Counted from the stretch's first letter, positions 10,907 through 21,699 are shown. The stretch: DNA of 64,000 bases from an uncultured Alphaproteobacteria bacterium (GCA_963803555.1 CAWDMZ010000002.1:283052-347051), one strand, 5' to 3'. Numbers and translations: made by a program. The notes: generated by a model not told the origin, from the letters alone.

Positions 10907-13298
10907 ATGAAAAGATCTATTTTATTGCTTTGCTTTTTCTGGGCAACGGCTCTTTTTTCTCAAGAAAAATTTACGCTAAGTGGCACGATAACAGACAGCA
11001 CTAGTAATGAAACCCTAATAGGAGTTAATATCCTTTTTCCTTCACTTTCTAATGGTGTTGTCACCAATTCTTACGGGTTCTACTCGATAACGCTTCCCGC
11101 TGGAACTTATGACGTGCAGTTGAGCTATCTGGGGTATGCAGACGTGACTCAAACCATTGATCTCTCGGAAAATATTAGGCGCAATTTCACACTGACACCC
11201 TCACTCGAAACTTTAGAAGAGGTAGTCATAGAAGAAAAAGTGGAACGGGTGAACATAAGAAAACCTCAAATGAGCGTTAACGCCCTTACGGCAGAATCGA
11301 TTAAGGACATTCCCGTGGTTTTAGGCGAAGCAGATGTTATTAAAGCAATCCTTCTTTTGCCCGGTGTAACAAGTGCAGGAGAGGGCGCTTCTGGTTTTAA
11401 TGTAAGGGGTGGTGCAGCAGATCAAAATTTGATCCTTCTCGATGAAGCGATTATTTTTAATAGCTCGCACCTTTTTGGATTTTTCTCGGTTTTTAATCCT
11501 GATGCGATAAAAGATCTAAAACTTTATAAAGGTGGGATTCCTGCAAGATACGGAGGTCGTGTTTCTTCTGTTCTGGATATCTATCAAAAAGAAGGGAATA
11601 GCAAGAGACTTAAAGTTACTGGAGGCATAGGCGCTGTATCGTCCAGGCTTCTTGTCGAAGGACCTATCATACAAGACAAAGCTGCTTTTTTAATAGGGGG
11701 TCGCGCATCTTATGCACATTTATTTTTACCATTGCTGGATATCGACAATATAGGCATATTTCTATGATCTGAATACAAAACTAAATTTCAAGCTCAACGA
11801 GAATAATAGTATTTACGTAAGTGGGTATTTTGGGAGGGATCTTTTTAGTATTCAGGATAGCTTCAAGAATATTTATGGCAACGCAGTAGGAAACCTCCGG
11901 TGGAACCACCTATTTTCTGACAAACTGTTTTCTAACGCATCCATAATTTATAGTGACTATTATTATGGGCTTGACCTTGACTTTGTAGGTTTTGAATGGA
12001 ATTCAGGTATCTCTAACCTGAATCTCAAGTATGACCTAACCTATTATCTTAATGATAAGATTAAAATTTATGGAGGTCTCAACAACCTTTCTTACGTCTT
12101 CAATCCAGGGAAGATACAGCCCAACGGTCCGGATTCGGGGATTGTAGAAGAGCAACTCACAAAGAAATATGCAAATGAGTTTGCCGCTTATATCGACATA
12201 GAGCATAAACTTACAGAAAACCTTGCTATTGAGTATGGGGTACGATATAGCAACTTTATACGCCAAGGGCAGGAAGAAATAAATGTTTATGGTAATAATG
12301 GAGAGAATTCCTTGCCGGTCTTTTTTGATCCCTTTCTTCTTATTTACAAAAGCTCTGATGTTTTTAATGTAGATACGTCAAGATCTTCCAGAAGTGATAA
12401 GCTCGCTACCTTTAATAATCTAGAGCCAAGAGTCTCTGCCTCTTACGCTTTTAATGACGATACCTCCATAAAAGGAAGCTATACCAGATTATCGCAATAC
12501 TTACATCTATTGTCTAATACCAGTTCGCCTACCCCTTTAGATATCTGGACCCCCAGTGGCCCTTTTGCAAAACCTCAATTACTGGATCAATATGCAATAG
12601 GCTATTTTAAAAACTTTAGAGCTGGAGAAAGGGAATATACTATAGAGACCGAGGCTTTTTATAAAGATATTGACGGTAGGATAGACTATATAGACGGGGC
12701 ACAACTTATTGCAAATGATGCTATAGAACAAGTAATACTTCAGGGAGAAGCTAGGGCATATGGCTTAGAATTTCTACTTCGTAAAAATGAAGGAAAGTTT
12801 AAAGGATTTCTAGCATATACCTTATCGAAGTCAGAACAACGTACACCTGGACGCAATGAGAATGAGCTGGGTATCAATAGAGGGCAATGGTACAATACCC
12901 CTTACGACAAAACCCACGATATCTCAATGAATGTAAGTTATGAATTGAGTGATAAATGGAAGTTTGGCAGTAATTTTTTATTCCAGACGGGACAACCCAC
13001 TAACTTTCCTGTAGGGCAATTTGAATTTCAAGGAATTACGATTCCTACGTATGGACCGAGAAATGAACAACGATTACCCTCCTATAATCGTCTGGACTTA
13101 AGTGCCACTCTTACACCAGAAGCAAATAAAACTCGTAAGTGGCAGTCTGAGTGGGTCTTTAGTATTTATAATGTTTACAATCGTCGTAATGCTGCCTCCA
13201 TCAACTTTAGGCAAAACGAAGAAACTGGAAATAATGAGGCTGTAAGGACGTCGATATTTGGAATTATCCCTTCTGTAACCTATAATTTTAAATTTTAA
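10907..13298 (+). pseudogene. TonB-dependent receptor (CarboxypepD_reg + plug + barrel) interrupted by one +1 frameshift near 11750-11756
   Basis: ORF 10907-11767 carries the signal peptide, carboxypeptidase-regulatory-like domain and plug, and ends ...LLDIDNIGIFL*. The next frame is open from 11754 (AYFYDLNTKLNF...) through 13298 and ends in the barrel terminus TYNFKF. Deleting one G of ataGGcat gives a continuous DIDNIAYFYDLN. Confidence 0.75.
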
Positions 13299-13300
13299 AA

Positions 13301-14167
13301 ATGCGTCATTTAAAAGTCATACTTCTTCTGTTTCTGTTCTCATCCTGCGAGGATGTTGTAGATGTAGATTTGCCAGAGACAGACGCAAAGCTAATAGTGG
13401 ATGCGGTGCTTAGGGTAAACGTAGAAAGTCCCAATGAAAACAGGATAAAAATTTCTAAGGCAACCTCATTTTTTGATCCTATAGAACCAAGCGGTGTTGA
13501 AGTTTTAGAGTATCGAGGAGCAGCTGGGACCATTTATTATGCACCAGATCCAGATATACCAGGTGATTGGATTCCTGGATCTGATAATGTTCCTATTCCT
13601 AGCCAACTTATTTTACCCACCATAGATGACGTTGAGTCTGATAATTATTTATACTTCTACTATCAGGATGAACTCTACCTCGCGCTTACAAAATATAAAA
13701 GGGTTGTCGCATTTGATGAAGTGATCCAGGGAGACGCTACCCTTTTTGATGAAGATGATATAGAAATAAAGATGACACTAACAGATCCCGCAGATGAAGA
13801 TAACTATTATATTATAGGATTTGGTAATGGAGAGTTTATTGCTATTGAGGATCAGTTTTTTGATGGACAACAATACACCTTTTCTTATTTTTCAAGTCAA
13901 AACTTGCAGGCTGGGGACGAAATGAACATTACCTTGTGGGGTGTAGGTAAAGATTTTTACAATTATTATGAAAAGTTACTGGAGCAGAGTGAGATGGGTG
14001 AAAATCCGTTATTTACCACACCTGTAAGCACTATTAGGGGAAATATTCTCAAAGTAGAAAGCATAGACAACATAGATATTTTTAATAATATAGGGCGACC
14101 ACAAGAGTTTGTATTAGGATACTTTGCTATCATACAAGAGCGCATTTATGACTTAACGATCAATTAA
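13301..14167 (+). CDS. DUF4249-like lipoprotein (TonB-receptor partner)
   Basis: Lipobox FSSCEDVVDVDLPETDAKLIVDAVLRV. It lies 2 nt after the receptor and is a paralogue of the next gene. Confidence 0.6.
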   Translation: MRHLKVILLLFLFSSCEDVVDVDLPETDAKLIVDAVLRVNVESPNENRIKISKATSFFDPIEPSGVEVLEYRGAAGTIYYAPDPDIPGDWIPGSDNVPIPSQLILPTIDDVESDNYLYFYYQDELYLALTKYKRVVAFDEVIQGDATLFDEDDIEIKMTLTDPADEDNYYIIGFGNGEFIAIEDQFFDGQQYTFSYFSSQNLQAGDEMNITLWGVGKDFYNYYEKLLEQSEMGENPLFTTPVSTIRGNILKVESIDNIDIFNNIGRPQEFVLGYFAIIQERIYDLTIN

Positions 14168-15070
14168 ATGATAAAGACTATAAAAGTAGACTCCAAAATA
14201 CTTCTATTACTGCTCTCCGTATTTTTAGTTTCCTGTGAAGACGTTGTAGAAGTAAATCTAGATGAAGAGCCACCTAGGCTTATAGTGGATGCTTTGATAA
14301 GAGTAGATATTGATGAAGATCTTACAGAGGCAAGCATCGAGATATCTGTATCTGATTCCTTCTTTGGAGAGATTCAACCTGCAATGGTAGATGAACTAAT
14401 TATTCAAGGGTTCCCTAATGGTCAAGTAGTCCCGTATGAGCCTGTGCCGGGTTCTCCTGGTTTATACAGACCATTTGCTACAACCATCTCCCCTGTGGTG
14501 GATAATAAGATTGTAACAAGCGCCCTTACAAATCCAGATACAGAGCTTATACTCTTTGTCACTTATGAAGACCAGCAGTATTTTGCTCGCACGAGCTTTG
14601 CTCCTACAGTCCCTTTTGATAATGTAGAGCAAGGCGATGGGGAGCTTTTTGACGAGGATGATACCGAAGTAGTACTAACGCTTACAGATGTTGCAGAACG
14701 TGAGGACTATTACGTATTCGATTTTGACTTTAATGAATTTATCACCTCAGAAGATCGTTTTTTTGAAGGTCAGCAATTTACTTTTTCGTACTTCTACGAT
14801 ACTGACTTAGAGCCTGGTGATGAAGTTGAGATAAGCATCTTAGGTGCAAATGAAGATTTCTTTAATTATATGAATGGTCTTCTCGAGCAGAGTCAGCAAG
14901 GTCAAAATGGGCCTTTTCAAACCCCGACGGCCACCGTAAGGGGTAACTTTCTCAACGTTACCGATATTGACAACGTAGATCTCTTTGACAATGTTAACAG
15001 ACCAGACTCGTTTATTTTAGGATATTTTTCAATTTCACAAGAATATAAAACTAGTCTAGTTATAGAATAA
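14168..15070 (+). CDS. DUF4249-like lipoprotein, tandem paralogue
   Basis: LVSCEDVVEVNLDEEPPRLIVDALIRV...QGDGELFDEDDTEVVLTLTD...FFEGQQFTFSYF is colinear with the upstream gene. Its start abuts the previous stop. Confidence 0.6.
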   Translation: MIKTIKVDSKILLLLLSVFLVSCEDVVEVNLDEEPPRLIVDALIRVDIDEDLTEASIEISVSDSFFGEIQPAMVDELIIQGFPNGQVVPYEPVPGSPGLYRPFATTISPVVDNKIVTSALTNPDTELILFVTYEDQQYFARTSFAPTVPFDNVEQGDGELFDEDDTEVVLTLTDVAEREDYYVFDFDFNEFITSEDRFFEGQQFTFSYFYDTDLEPGDEVEISILGANEDFFNYMNGLLEQSQQGQNGPFQTPTATVRGNFLNVTDIDNVDLFDNVNRPDSFILGYFSISQEYKTSLVIE

Positions 15071-15079
15071 ATTTTTTAT

Positions 15080-15123
15080 GCTTTCGCGAAAATTTTAAAT
15101 CATATCAAATTTTCGCGAAAGCG
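15080..15123. repeat. Two inverted TTTCGCGAAA-core elements forming a long hairpin
   Basis: gctttcgcgaaaatttt - 11 nt - aaattttcgcgaaagc. The arms are about 16 bp and begin 10 nt after the stop at 15070. Confidence 0.8.
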
Positions 15124-15326
15124 AAACGTATTCAATTGATTTTTGGTAGTTTAACTCTGATGAACTATTTTAGCAATCTTTAAATAATTAAAATACATCT
15201 ACGACCGGGGGGGAGTAATGAAACATTCATTAAAAAACAGTCGAAATTCTCAACACCTGACCTACATCAGGAAATTCACATTAACCATCTACATTTTTTA
15301 CTTATATAAACCCAAATCATTTTAAA

Positions 15327-16019
15327 ATGAAACAGTACTTATTTTTATTATTCTTATTTATTAGTTTTAAGGGCTTTGCCCAAACAATTGATCTCAGTAG
15401 CTATAATGACTTCCTAAAAGATCACGTATCGAAGGAAGGGGTTGTAGACTATGATAAAGTTTTAGAAAACATTGATGAACTCAATACTATTGCCAAGAAT
15501 TTTTCTAAAATTTCGCCCAACGGTGGCTGGACAAATAATGAACACAAAGCTTTCTGGATTAATTTTTATAATGTAAACATTATTAAACTTTTAGTAGAAA
15601 ACTATCCAATAAAGAGTATAAATTATATTAGAGAACCTTTTAAAAATGAAACTCTTGACTTTACTGGAAATAAGATCTCTTTGGATCTTATAGAACATAA
15701 AGTACTGAGGAATTTAGGTGATCCTAGAGTTCATTTTGCGCTTTATTCTACGGCAACTTCTTCACCTGTTTTGAAAAGAACTGCTTATACCGCAGAAACT
15801 TTAGACCTAGATCTCGATGTTGCCACTAGGACGTTTCTTGATGATGAAACTAAAAATAAAATAAACCTTAAAGGAAGTAGCTTGTCTAAAATATTTGAGT
15901 GGTACAAAGAAGATTTTGACCTAGTGCCTTTTGTAAGTAAATATTCTAGCAAAGGCAAAATCTCTACTGAAACTCCTATAACGTATATGGAGTACAATTG
16001 GCTATTACATCGTGAGTAA
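15327..16019 (+). CDS. DUF547 domain protein, secreted
   Basis: Signal peptide. HKAFWINFYNVNIIKLLVENYPIKSI and RVHFAL match the DUF547 pattern as I recall it. Confidence 0.65.
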   Translation: MKQYLFLLFLFISFKGFAQTIDLSSYNDFLKDHVSKEGVVDYDKVLENIDELNTIAKNFSKISPNGGWTNNEHKAFWINFYNVNIIKLLVENYPIKSINYIREPFKNETLDFTGNKISLDLIEHKVLRNLGDPRVHFALYSTATSSPVLKRTAYTAETLDLDLDVATRTFLDDETKNKINLKGSSLSKIFEWYKEDFDLVPFVSKYSSKGKISTETPITYMEYNWLLHRE

Positions 16020-16049
16020 GTGGATAGCACTTATCATGATGTAACTAAT

Positions 16050-16084
16050 GAGATTCTCTTACCTAGAGAATCTCATTTTTTTTT
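16050..16084 (+). terminator. Rho-independent terminator
   Basis: Stem GAGATTCTC/GAGAATCTC with a 7-nt loop, then A followed by T9. Confidence 0.75.
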
Positions 16085-16237
16085 GCATATCCTAAATTCG
16101 TTAACGGGTGGGTGTTTGATTGAATTTTCCATATTTAAAGGAAGATATGTCGCACAATCCAAGTAAAATTAAGTGCGCATCACAATATTATCCCCTTTCT
16201 TTCATTATCTCCTTCAATTACTTATTTTGTACTGAGT

Positions 16238-17941
16238 ATGAAACATTATTTTTTAGTTATTTGTGTCTTGCTCTCTTGGTCTGAGCTCGTGTTTGGTCAA
16301 GAAGATATCCCCAAAAACTATTTTACAGAGCCTCTAGATATTACTACCGTGCTCGCGGGAACCTTTGGAGAATTGCGCAGCAATCACTTCCATAGTGGTC
16401 TTGATATCAAAACTGAAAGAAGAGAAGGACTGCCTGTATATGCTACCGCAAGCGGGACTGTCACTCGAATAAAAATTGCTCATTACGGCTACGGGAAAGC
16501 ATTGTATATCACTCACCCTAATGGGTATACAACAGTTTACGCCCATCTTCAAAAGTTATGTCCAGAAATAGAAGATTATATCAAAGAAGCGCAGTATAAA
16601 AAAGAATCTTTTGAGATCGAGCTTTTTCCTAAAGACGGACAACTGGAGGTTGCTCAGGGAGAACTCATTGCCTATTCTGGAAATACGGGAAGTAGCGGAG
16701 GCCCGCACCTACACTATGAGATAAGGGATAAGAATTCCCGTCCTATGAATCCTTTTCTATTTGGTATGCAGGCCAAAGATACTCGTGAGCCACTTCTAGA
16801 AAAGCTCATTGCATATCCCTTAGACAAAGAGTCTTTTATAAATCAACGTGGTGAGCCACAAGAAATACGGGTATCAAGGAAAACAGATGGAACCTTTCAA
16901 GCAGAAAATATTGAAGCAATAGGCAACATAGGCTTTGGGATAGCTACTGTAGACCAGCTGGATTTAGCAAATAACAAAAATGGCATCTATAAGATAAACA
17001 GCAGTTTGAATGGGGAAGAATATTTTAATCTTACTATGGATAAATTTTCCTTTGCCGAAACTAGGTACCTCAACAGAATGATTGATTATGAGTACTATCA
17101 AGAAAAAAGAAAGAAAGTTCAGAAACTCTTTATCGAAAAAAACAACCCTTTGAGTATTTATGGAAAGGTGGTTAATAATGGTGTGATTAGAATAGATGAG
17201 GATCTCTCTTACCAATATCACGTAAATGTAAGTGATTATGCTGGTAACACTATACACCTTAACATACCAATTCAAGGAAAGAAAGACTCATTAACGACTC
17301 CTAAAAAGGAAAAAGTAACGGATCATTACGTGTATAGTGACCAAGCCTATAATTATGAATCAGGTAAATTTTCGATTTATATCCCGAAAGGCGCACTCTA
17401 TGAAGATAGTTTTTTAGATATAAAAGTAAATGGCGATAAGCTCACGTTACACGATGACGTATTACCTGTTCACAAAAACATATTAGTTTCATACGATATC
17501 TCCGAATACAAAGAAGAAGATCGTGATAAGCTCTATTTAGGTAGAATAAATTATAGGGGAGATGTTTATTATTCCAGTTCAAGAATTAAGGATAACAAAC
17601 TCACAATGGGAACCAGAACTTTAGGTGAATATACGATCGCAACAGATGTAACTCCACCTATCATAAAAGGAAAGAATGTAACAGATGGGAAATGGATGTC
17701 TAAGTATAGATACCTCTCTGTCGAGATAGATGACACAGAAAGTGGGATAAGCGGATATAGAGCTACGGTAAATGGAAACTTCATTTTAATGGAATATGAC
17801 CCTAAAACAAAGGCCCTAGTTTACGACTTTAATGACAAGGTTGTTAAGGATACCGAAAACAAGCTTAAACTGATTGTTACTGATAATGTAGGAAATAGTA
17901 CTACATTTGAAGCTACTTTCTTTAGAAAAGACATCCGTTGA
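16238..17941 (+). CDS. M23 family metallopeptidase (LytM-like), secreted
   Basis: HFHSGLDI (HxxxD) and GGPHLHYEI (HxH) motifs; signal peptide. Confidence 0.85.
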   Translation: MKHYFLVICVLLSWSELVFGQEDIPKNYFTEPLDITTVLAGTFGELRSNHFHSGLDIKTERREGLPVYATASGTVTRIKIAHYGYGKALYITHPNGYTTVYAHLQKLCPEIEDYIKEAQYKKESFEIELFPKDGQLEVAQGELIAYSGNTGSSGGPHLHYEIRDKNSRPMNPFLFGMQAKDTREPLLEKLIAYPLDKESFINQRGEPQEIRVSRKTDGTFQAENIEAIGNIGFGIATVDQLDLANNKNGIYKINSSLNGEEYFNLTMDKFSFAETRYLNRMIDYEYYQEKRKKVQKLFIEKNNPLSIYGKVVNNGVIRIDEDLSYQYHVNVSDYAGNTIHLNIPIQGKKDSLTTPKKEKVTDHYVYSDQAYNYESGKFSIYIPKGALYEDSFLDIKVNGDKLTLHDDVLPVHKNILVSYDISEYKEEDRDKLYLGRINYRGDVYYSSSRIKDNKLTMGTRTLGEYTIATDVTPPIIKGKNVTDGKWMSKYRYLSVEIDDTESGISGYRATVNGNFILMEYDPKTKALVYDFNDKVVKDTENKLKLIVTDNVGNSTTFEATFFRKDIR

Positions 17942-20406
17942 AAAAAACCTATCTATTATTTCTTATCTTTTTCTGTACAAGTCTCGTTGCCTTAAGCCAA
18001 AGTGCTAGCATCCGAGGCGTTGTGCTTGATGAGTCCAAAAATCCCATTCCAGGAGCTAGTATTTCCTATAATCTAGAAGGAAAAGTAACTAATAAAAATG
18101 GATTTTACGAGATAGAAATCCCGTCTGGAGAAGAAATAATTATAACGTTTTCTTATCTAGGTTTTAAAAAAATAGAGCAAAAATTTAATCTCTCTCCTAA
18201 CGCAGATGTAGAGTTCAATCCAGTACTTAAAGTTGATGTTGCCCAATTAGGATCTGTAGTGATCACCACTACGACAAGACAACGGGTAGAGGGAGTAACC
18301 ACACTTTCACCTGAAGCCATACGTAAAGTCCCTGGAGCTAATGCTGGCGTAGAGAATTTACTAAAATCACTTCCTAGCGTAAGTAGTAATAATGAATTGA
18401 GCACCCAGTATTCTGTAAGAGGAGGAAACTTTGATGAAAATCTAGTATATGTAAATGAAATTGAAGTGTACCGGCCTTTTTTAGTACGGTCTGGTCAACA
18501 GGAGGGGCTGAGTTTTGTGAACAGCGATCTCGTGAGTAATGTAGCGTTTAGCGCTGGAGGTTTCCAAGCGAAGTATGGTGACAAACTATCTTCTGTACTG
18601 GATATAACCTATAGAAGACCTGTAGGATTTGCAGCAAGTGTAGATGCAAGTTTATTGGGAGGAAGTATTTCTGGAGAAGCAATTTCTAAAAACGGACGGT
18701 TTACAGCTCTAGGTGGGATCCGTTATCGTGATAATAGTCTTCTGGTAGATGCTAAACAAACAGAGACTAATTTTAGACCCCGTTTTATTGATGCTCAATC
18801 CTTTTTAACCTACAAAGTGTCAAATAAACTTCAAGTAGATTTTCTAGGAAATGTAGCCATCAATAAGTATGATTATGAACCACTTACGAGACAAACTAAT
18901 TTTGGAACCATAAGTGAACCGCTGGCTCTTATTGTAAGATATCAAGGTCAGGAGCGTGACCAATATGAAACGTATTTTGGAGCTTTAAAAGCTACCTATG
19001 AATTAAATAGTAATCTTACCCTTAAATTCTTAGGCTCAGTTTATCATACCCAAGAGCAAGAATATTTTGACATTTTTGCAGATTACAGATTGGGAACTCC
19101 AAACACTAATATAGGTGATGAAAATCTTGGAGAAGTAGAATTTACACAAGGTATTGGGTCGCAACTCACACACGCTAGAAACGACCTTGATGGGTTATTT
19201 ATTAACGTACAACATAAAGGAACCTATCTAAAGGATGAATCTCAAATAGACTGGGGAATTAAATATACTAGAGAGGATATAAGGGATCGATTAGAGGAAT
19301 ATGAAATTATAGATTCTGCAGGATTTTCAATACGCCCTCCTATCGCAGATTTTATCAATGATCAACCCTATAATGCGTTTGCATCTCCCATCGAGCCATT
19401 TACCAATGTGCGCGCAAGAAATGATGTGCAGATAGATCGTGTTTCAGGTTATGGACAGTATAGCAAAAGAATGGAATGGGGAAGCAACGAGGTCTATTTA
19501 AATGCTGGCGTAAGAGCCCAGCAGTGGACGGTTTCTGGACAAGATATAACCTCTGTTACCCAATCCATAATTAGTCCTAGAGCTCAACTCAGCATTAAAC
19601 CAGATTGGAGAGATGATATGATTTTTCGCTTGGCAGGAGGTATTTACAATCAACCCCCACTGTACAGAGAACTAAGAGATTCTCTAGGAATCGTAAGACC
19701 TAGTGTAAAGGCCCAGAATAGTTACCATATTGTAGCGGGACACGACTGGAGTTTTTCTATGTGGGATAGACCTTTTAAGCTGGTCACCGAAGCATACTAT
19801 AAAGGACTTTCTGATGTAAATCCATATACACTAGAGAACGTTAGGATTAGATATAGGGCCCGTAACAATGCTGTAGCAAGAGCTTATGGTTTTGACACTA
19901 GGCTCAACGGCGAGTTTGTACCTGGCACGCAAAGTTGGATTAGCCTTGGATTTCTTAAAACAGAAGAAAATATTGACAATAGAGGTTATATTCCTAGACC
20001 TACCGACCAGAGACTTAAAGTTGCCTTCCTTTTTCAGGATTATGCACCAAGATTACCTAGCTTGAAGCTTTATCTTAATATGGTGTATCAGACCGGACTT
20101 CCAGGCGGTTCTCCGAGCTATGCAGACCCTTACATTTTTAATGAATTACCCAGATTACCTGACTATTTTAGGGCAGACGCTGGTTTTTCGTATGTGTTTA
20201 CTGACGATTCAAAGAGATATGAAGAGGGCCATTGGTTACATATCTTTAAAGAACTGACGGCTGGATTTGAAATTTACAACATCTTTGATAAGCAAAATTC
20301 TATCACAAATACTTTTGTTAGGGATGCCAGTACAAAGCAACAGTTTGCGATACCTAACTTTTTAACCCCTAGAGTTTTTAATGCTAGAATAAGCGCTAAG
20401 TTTTAA
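17938..20406 (+). CDS. TonB-dependent receptor (CarboxypepD_reg + plug + barrel)
   Basis: Signal peptide, SIRGVVLDESKNPIPGASI carboxypeptidase-regulatory-like domain, plug, and a barrel ending ARISAKF. The TTG start overlaps the M23 stop (TTGA). Confidence 0.8.
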   Translation: MKKTYLLFLIFFCTSLVALSQSASIRGVVLDESKNPIPGASISYNLEGKVTNKNGFYEIEIPSGEEIIITFSYLGFKKIEQKFNLSPNADVEFNPVLKVDVAQLGSVVITTTTRQRVEGVTTLSPEAIRKVPGANAGVENLLKSLPSVSSNNELSTQYSVRGGNFDENLVYVNEIEVYRPFLVRSGQQEGLSFVNSDLVSNVAFSAGGFQAKYGDKLSSVLDITYRRPVGFAASVDASLLGGSISGEAISKNGRFTALGGIRYRDNSLLVDAKQTETNFRPRFIDAQSFLTYKVSNKLQVDFLGNVAINKYDYEPLTRQTNFGTISEPLALIVRYQGQERDQYETYFGALKATYELNSNLTLKFLGSVYHTQEQEYFDIFADYRLGTPNTNIGDENLGEVEFTQGIGSQLTHARNDLDGLFINVQHKGTYLKDESQIDWGIKYTREDIRDRLEEYEIIDSAGFSIRPPIADFINDQPYNAFASPIEPFTNVRARNDVQIDRVSGYGQYSKRMEWGSNEVYLNAGVRAQQWTVSGQDITSVTQSIISPRAQLSIKPDWRDDMIFRLAGGIYNQPPLYRELRDSLGIVRPSVKAQNSYHIVAGHDWSFSMWDRPFKLVTEAYYKGLSDVNPYTLENVRIRYRARNNAVARAYGFDTRLNGEFVPGTQSWISLGFLKTEENIDNRGYIPRPTDQRLKVAFLFQDYAPRLPSLKLYLNMVYQTGLPGGSPSYADPYIFNELPRLPDYFRADAGFSYVFTDDSKRYEEGHWLHIFKELTAGFEIYNIFDKQNSITNTFVRDASTKQQFAIPNFLTPRVFNARISAKF

Positions 20407-21551
20407 GCTTCTAAAAATTCTTTTAGTATCTCCACCACATAATCTACCTCCTCCTTAGTGTTGTATTTGGAAAAAGAGAATCGCACGCTAGGTTTTTTTA
20501 AATCTTCTTCCTTCAAAATTTCCTGTAAAACGTGAGAGCCTTTATCACTACCGCTCTGACAGGCACTACCTTTTGAACAGGCAATACCTTTGAGATCCAA
20601 TTGAAACAAAAGCATAAGTGCCTTTTCGGATGGAATGGGCAAACAAACGTTGAGCAACGTATACGTACTTTTTTCTGCATCACTACAGTTACCATTGAGC
20701 TTTACAGATGGGATTTCCTCCACTACTCTTTCAGCAAAATAATCCTTAATACCTTGAATATATTCTTTCTCTTGTTCTAGATTGTTATACGCATACTCGA
20801 GTGCAGTGGCTAAACCTACGATATTATGTACCCCTTCTGTACCTGCTCTGAGTCCCCTCTCTTGAGAGCCACCGTAGATCAATGGTTTTAGTCCGCTATT
20901 TTTTCTTACAAAAGCAAAGCCCACCCCTTTAGGACCGTGAAATTTATGGGCAGCACCCGCCGCATAATCTACAAGGATCTCCTTAAAATCTAATCTGAAA
21001 TGGCCTATGCTCTGCACCATATCTGAGTGTACGAGTGCTCCATACCTTTTACACATCGCTGCAATAGATTTAATGTCTATCATGTTGCCTACCTCATTAT
21101 TCACGTGCATAAGACTTACCAAAGTCTTTACATCAGATACTTTGAGCATCTCTTCTAAAGCGACTTCGTCTGGTGTACCACATTCTTTAAGGGGTACAAA
21201 ATCTAACACAATATCATAGGATTTCGCTACCTCTTCTGCCGCGTGTAATACTGCGTGATGTTCTATACGGGACGTTATTATTCGTTTAACGCCTAGATCC
21301 CTCACAACACTATTTATCACAAGATTATCTGCTTCCGTTCCGCCAGAAGTAAAAACTATTTCGGCAGCTGTGACATTAAAATGGGTTGCTATACTTTTTC
21401 TCGCGTTCTCTATATGACTTTTTGCCGTACGCCCTACTGCGTGAGTAGAAGATGGATTGCCAGGGACCTCTCTCATAATATCAACCATCTTTAGAAGTAC
21501 TTCTTCTCTTATCTTTGTCGTGGCAGCATTATCAAAATAAACGGGGGTCAT
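20403..21551 (-). CDS. Cysteine desulfurase (class V aminotransferase, NifS/IscS-like)
   Basis: MTPVYFDNAATT start, PLP-lysine context AAHKFHGPKGVG, and active-site Cys in CSKGSACQSG. ATG at 21551 is preferred over the track start at 21584. Confidence 0.85.
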   Translation of the reverse strand: MTPVYFDNAATTKIREEVLLKMVDIMREVPGNPSSTHAVGRTAKSHIENARKSIATHFNVTAAEIVFTSGGTEADNLVINSVVRDLGVKRIITSRIEHHAVLHAAEEVAKSYDIVLDFVPLKECGTPDEVALEEMLKVSDVKTLVSLMHVNNEVGNMIDIKSIAAMCKRYGALVHSDMVQSIGHFRLDFKEILVDYAAGAAHKFHGPKGVGFAFVRKNSGLKPLIYGGSQERGLRAGTEGVHNIVGLATALEYAYNNLEQEKEYIQGIKDYFAERVVEEIPSVKLNGNCSDAEKSTYTLLNVCLPIPSEKALMLLFQLDLKGIACSKGSACQSGSDKGSHVLQEILKEEDLKKPSVRFSFSKYNTKEEVDYVVEILKEFLEA

Positions 21552-21699
21552 TTGTCTTATTCTTTTAGAGGATTCAGCTAGCAAAAATAGGTAAATTTCT
21601 AAAGCTACATCTCCGCCTCAAATGCTTAAGATAGGATTTCATTATACTCCTTTATAAAGAGCGATTACAATAAAACTACATTTTGTGAGGTTAATTACA

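Noticed and set aside
11745-11767. Programmed +1/-1 ribosomal frameshifting as an explanation for the split genes.
   Set aside because: There is no shared slippery heptamer or downstream structure at the four sites, and these families are not known to use recoding. A simple insertion, real or artefactual, is more parsimonious.
12036-12266. Minus-strand ORF in the gap between the two TonB-receptor fragments.
   Set aside because: The plus strand here is open in the receptor frame and encodes barrel-like sequence (YFGRDLFSIQDSF...). The gap is explained by the frameshift.
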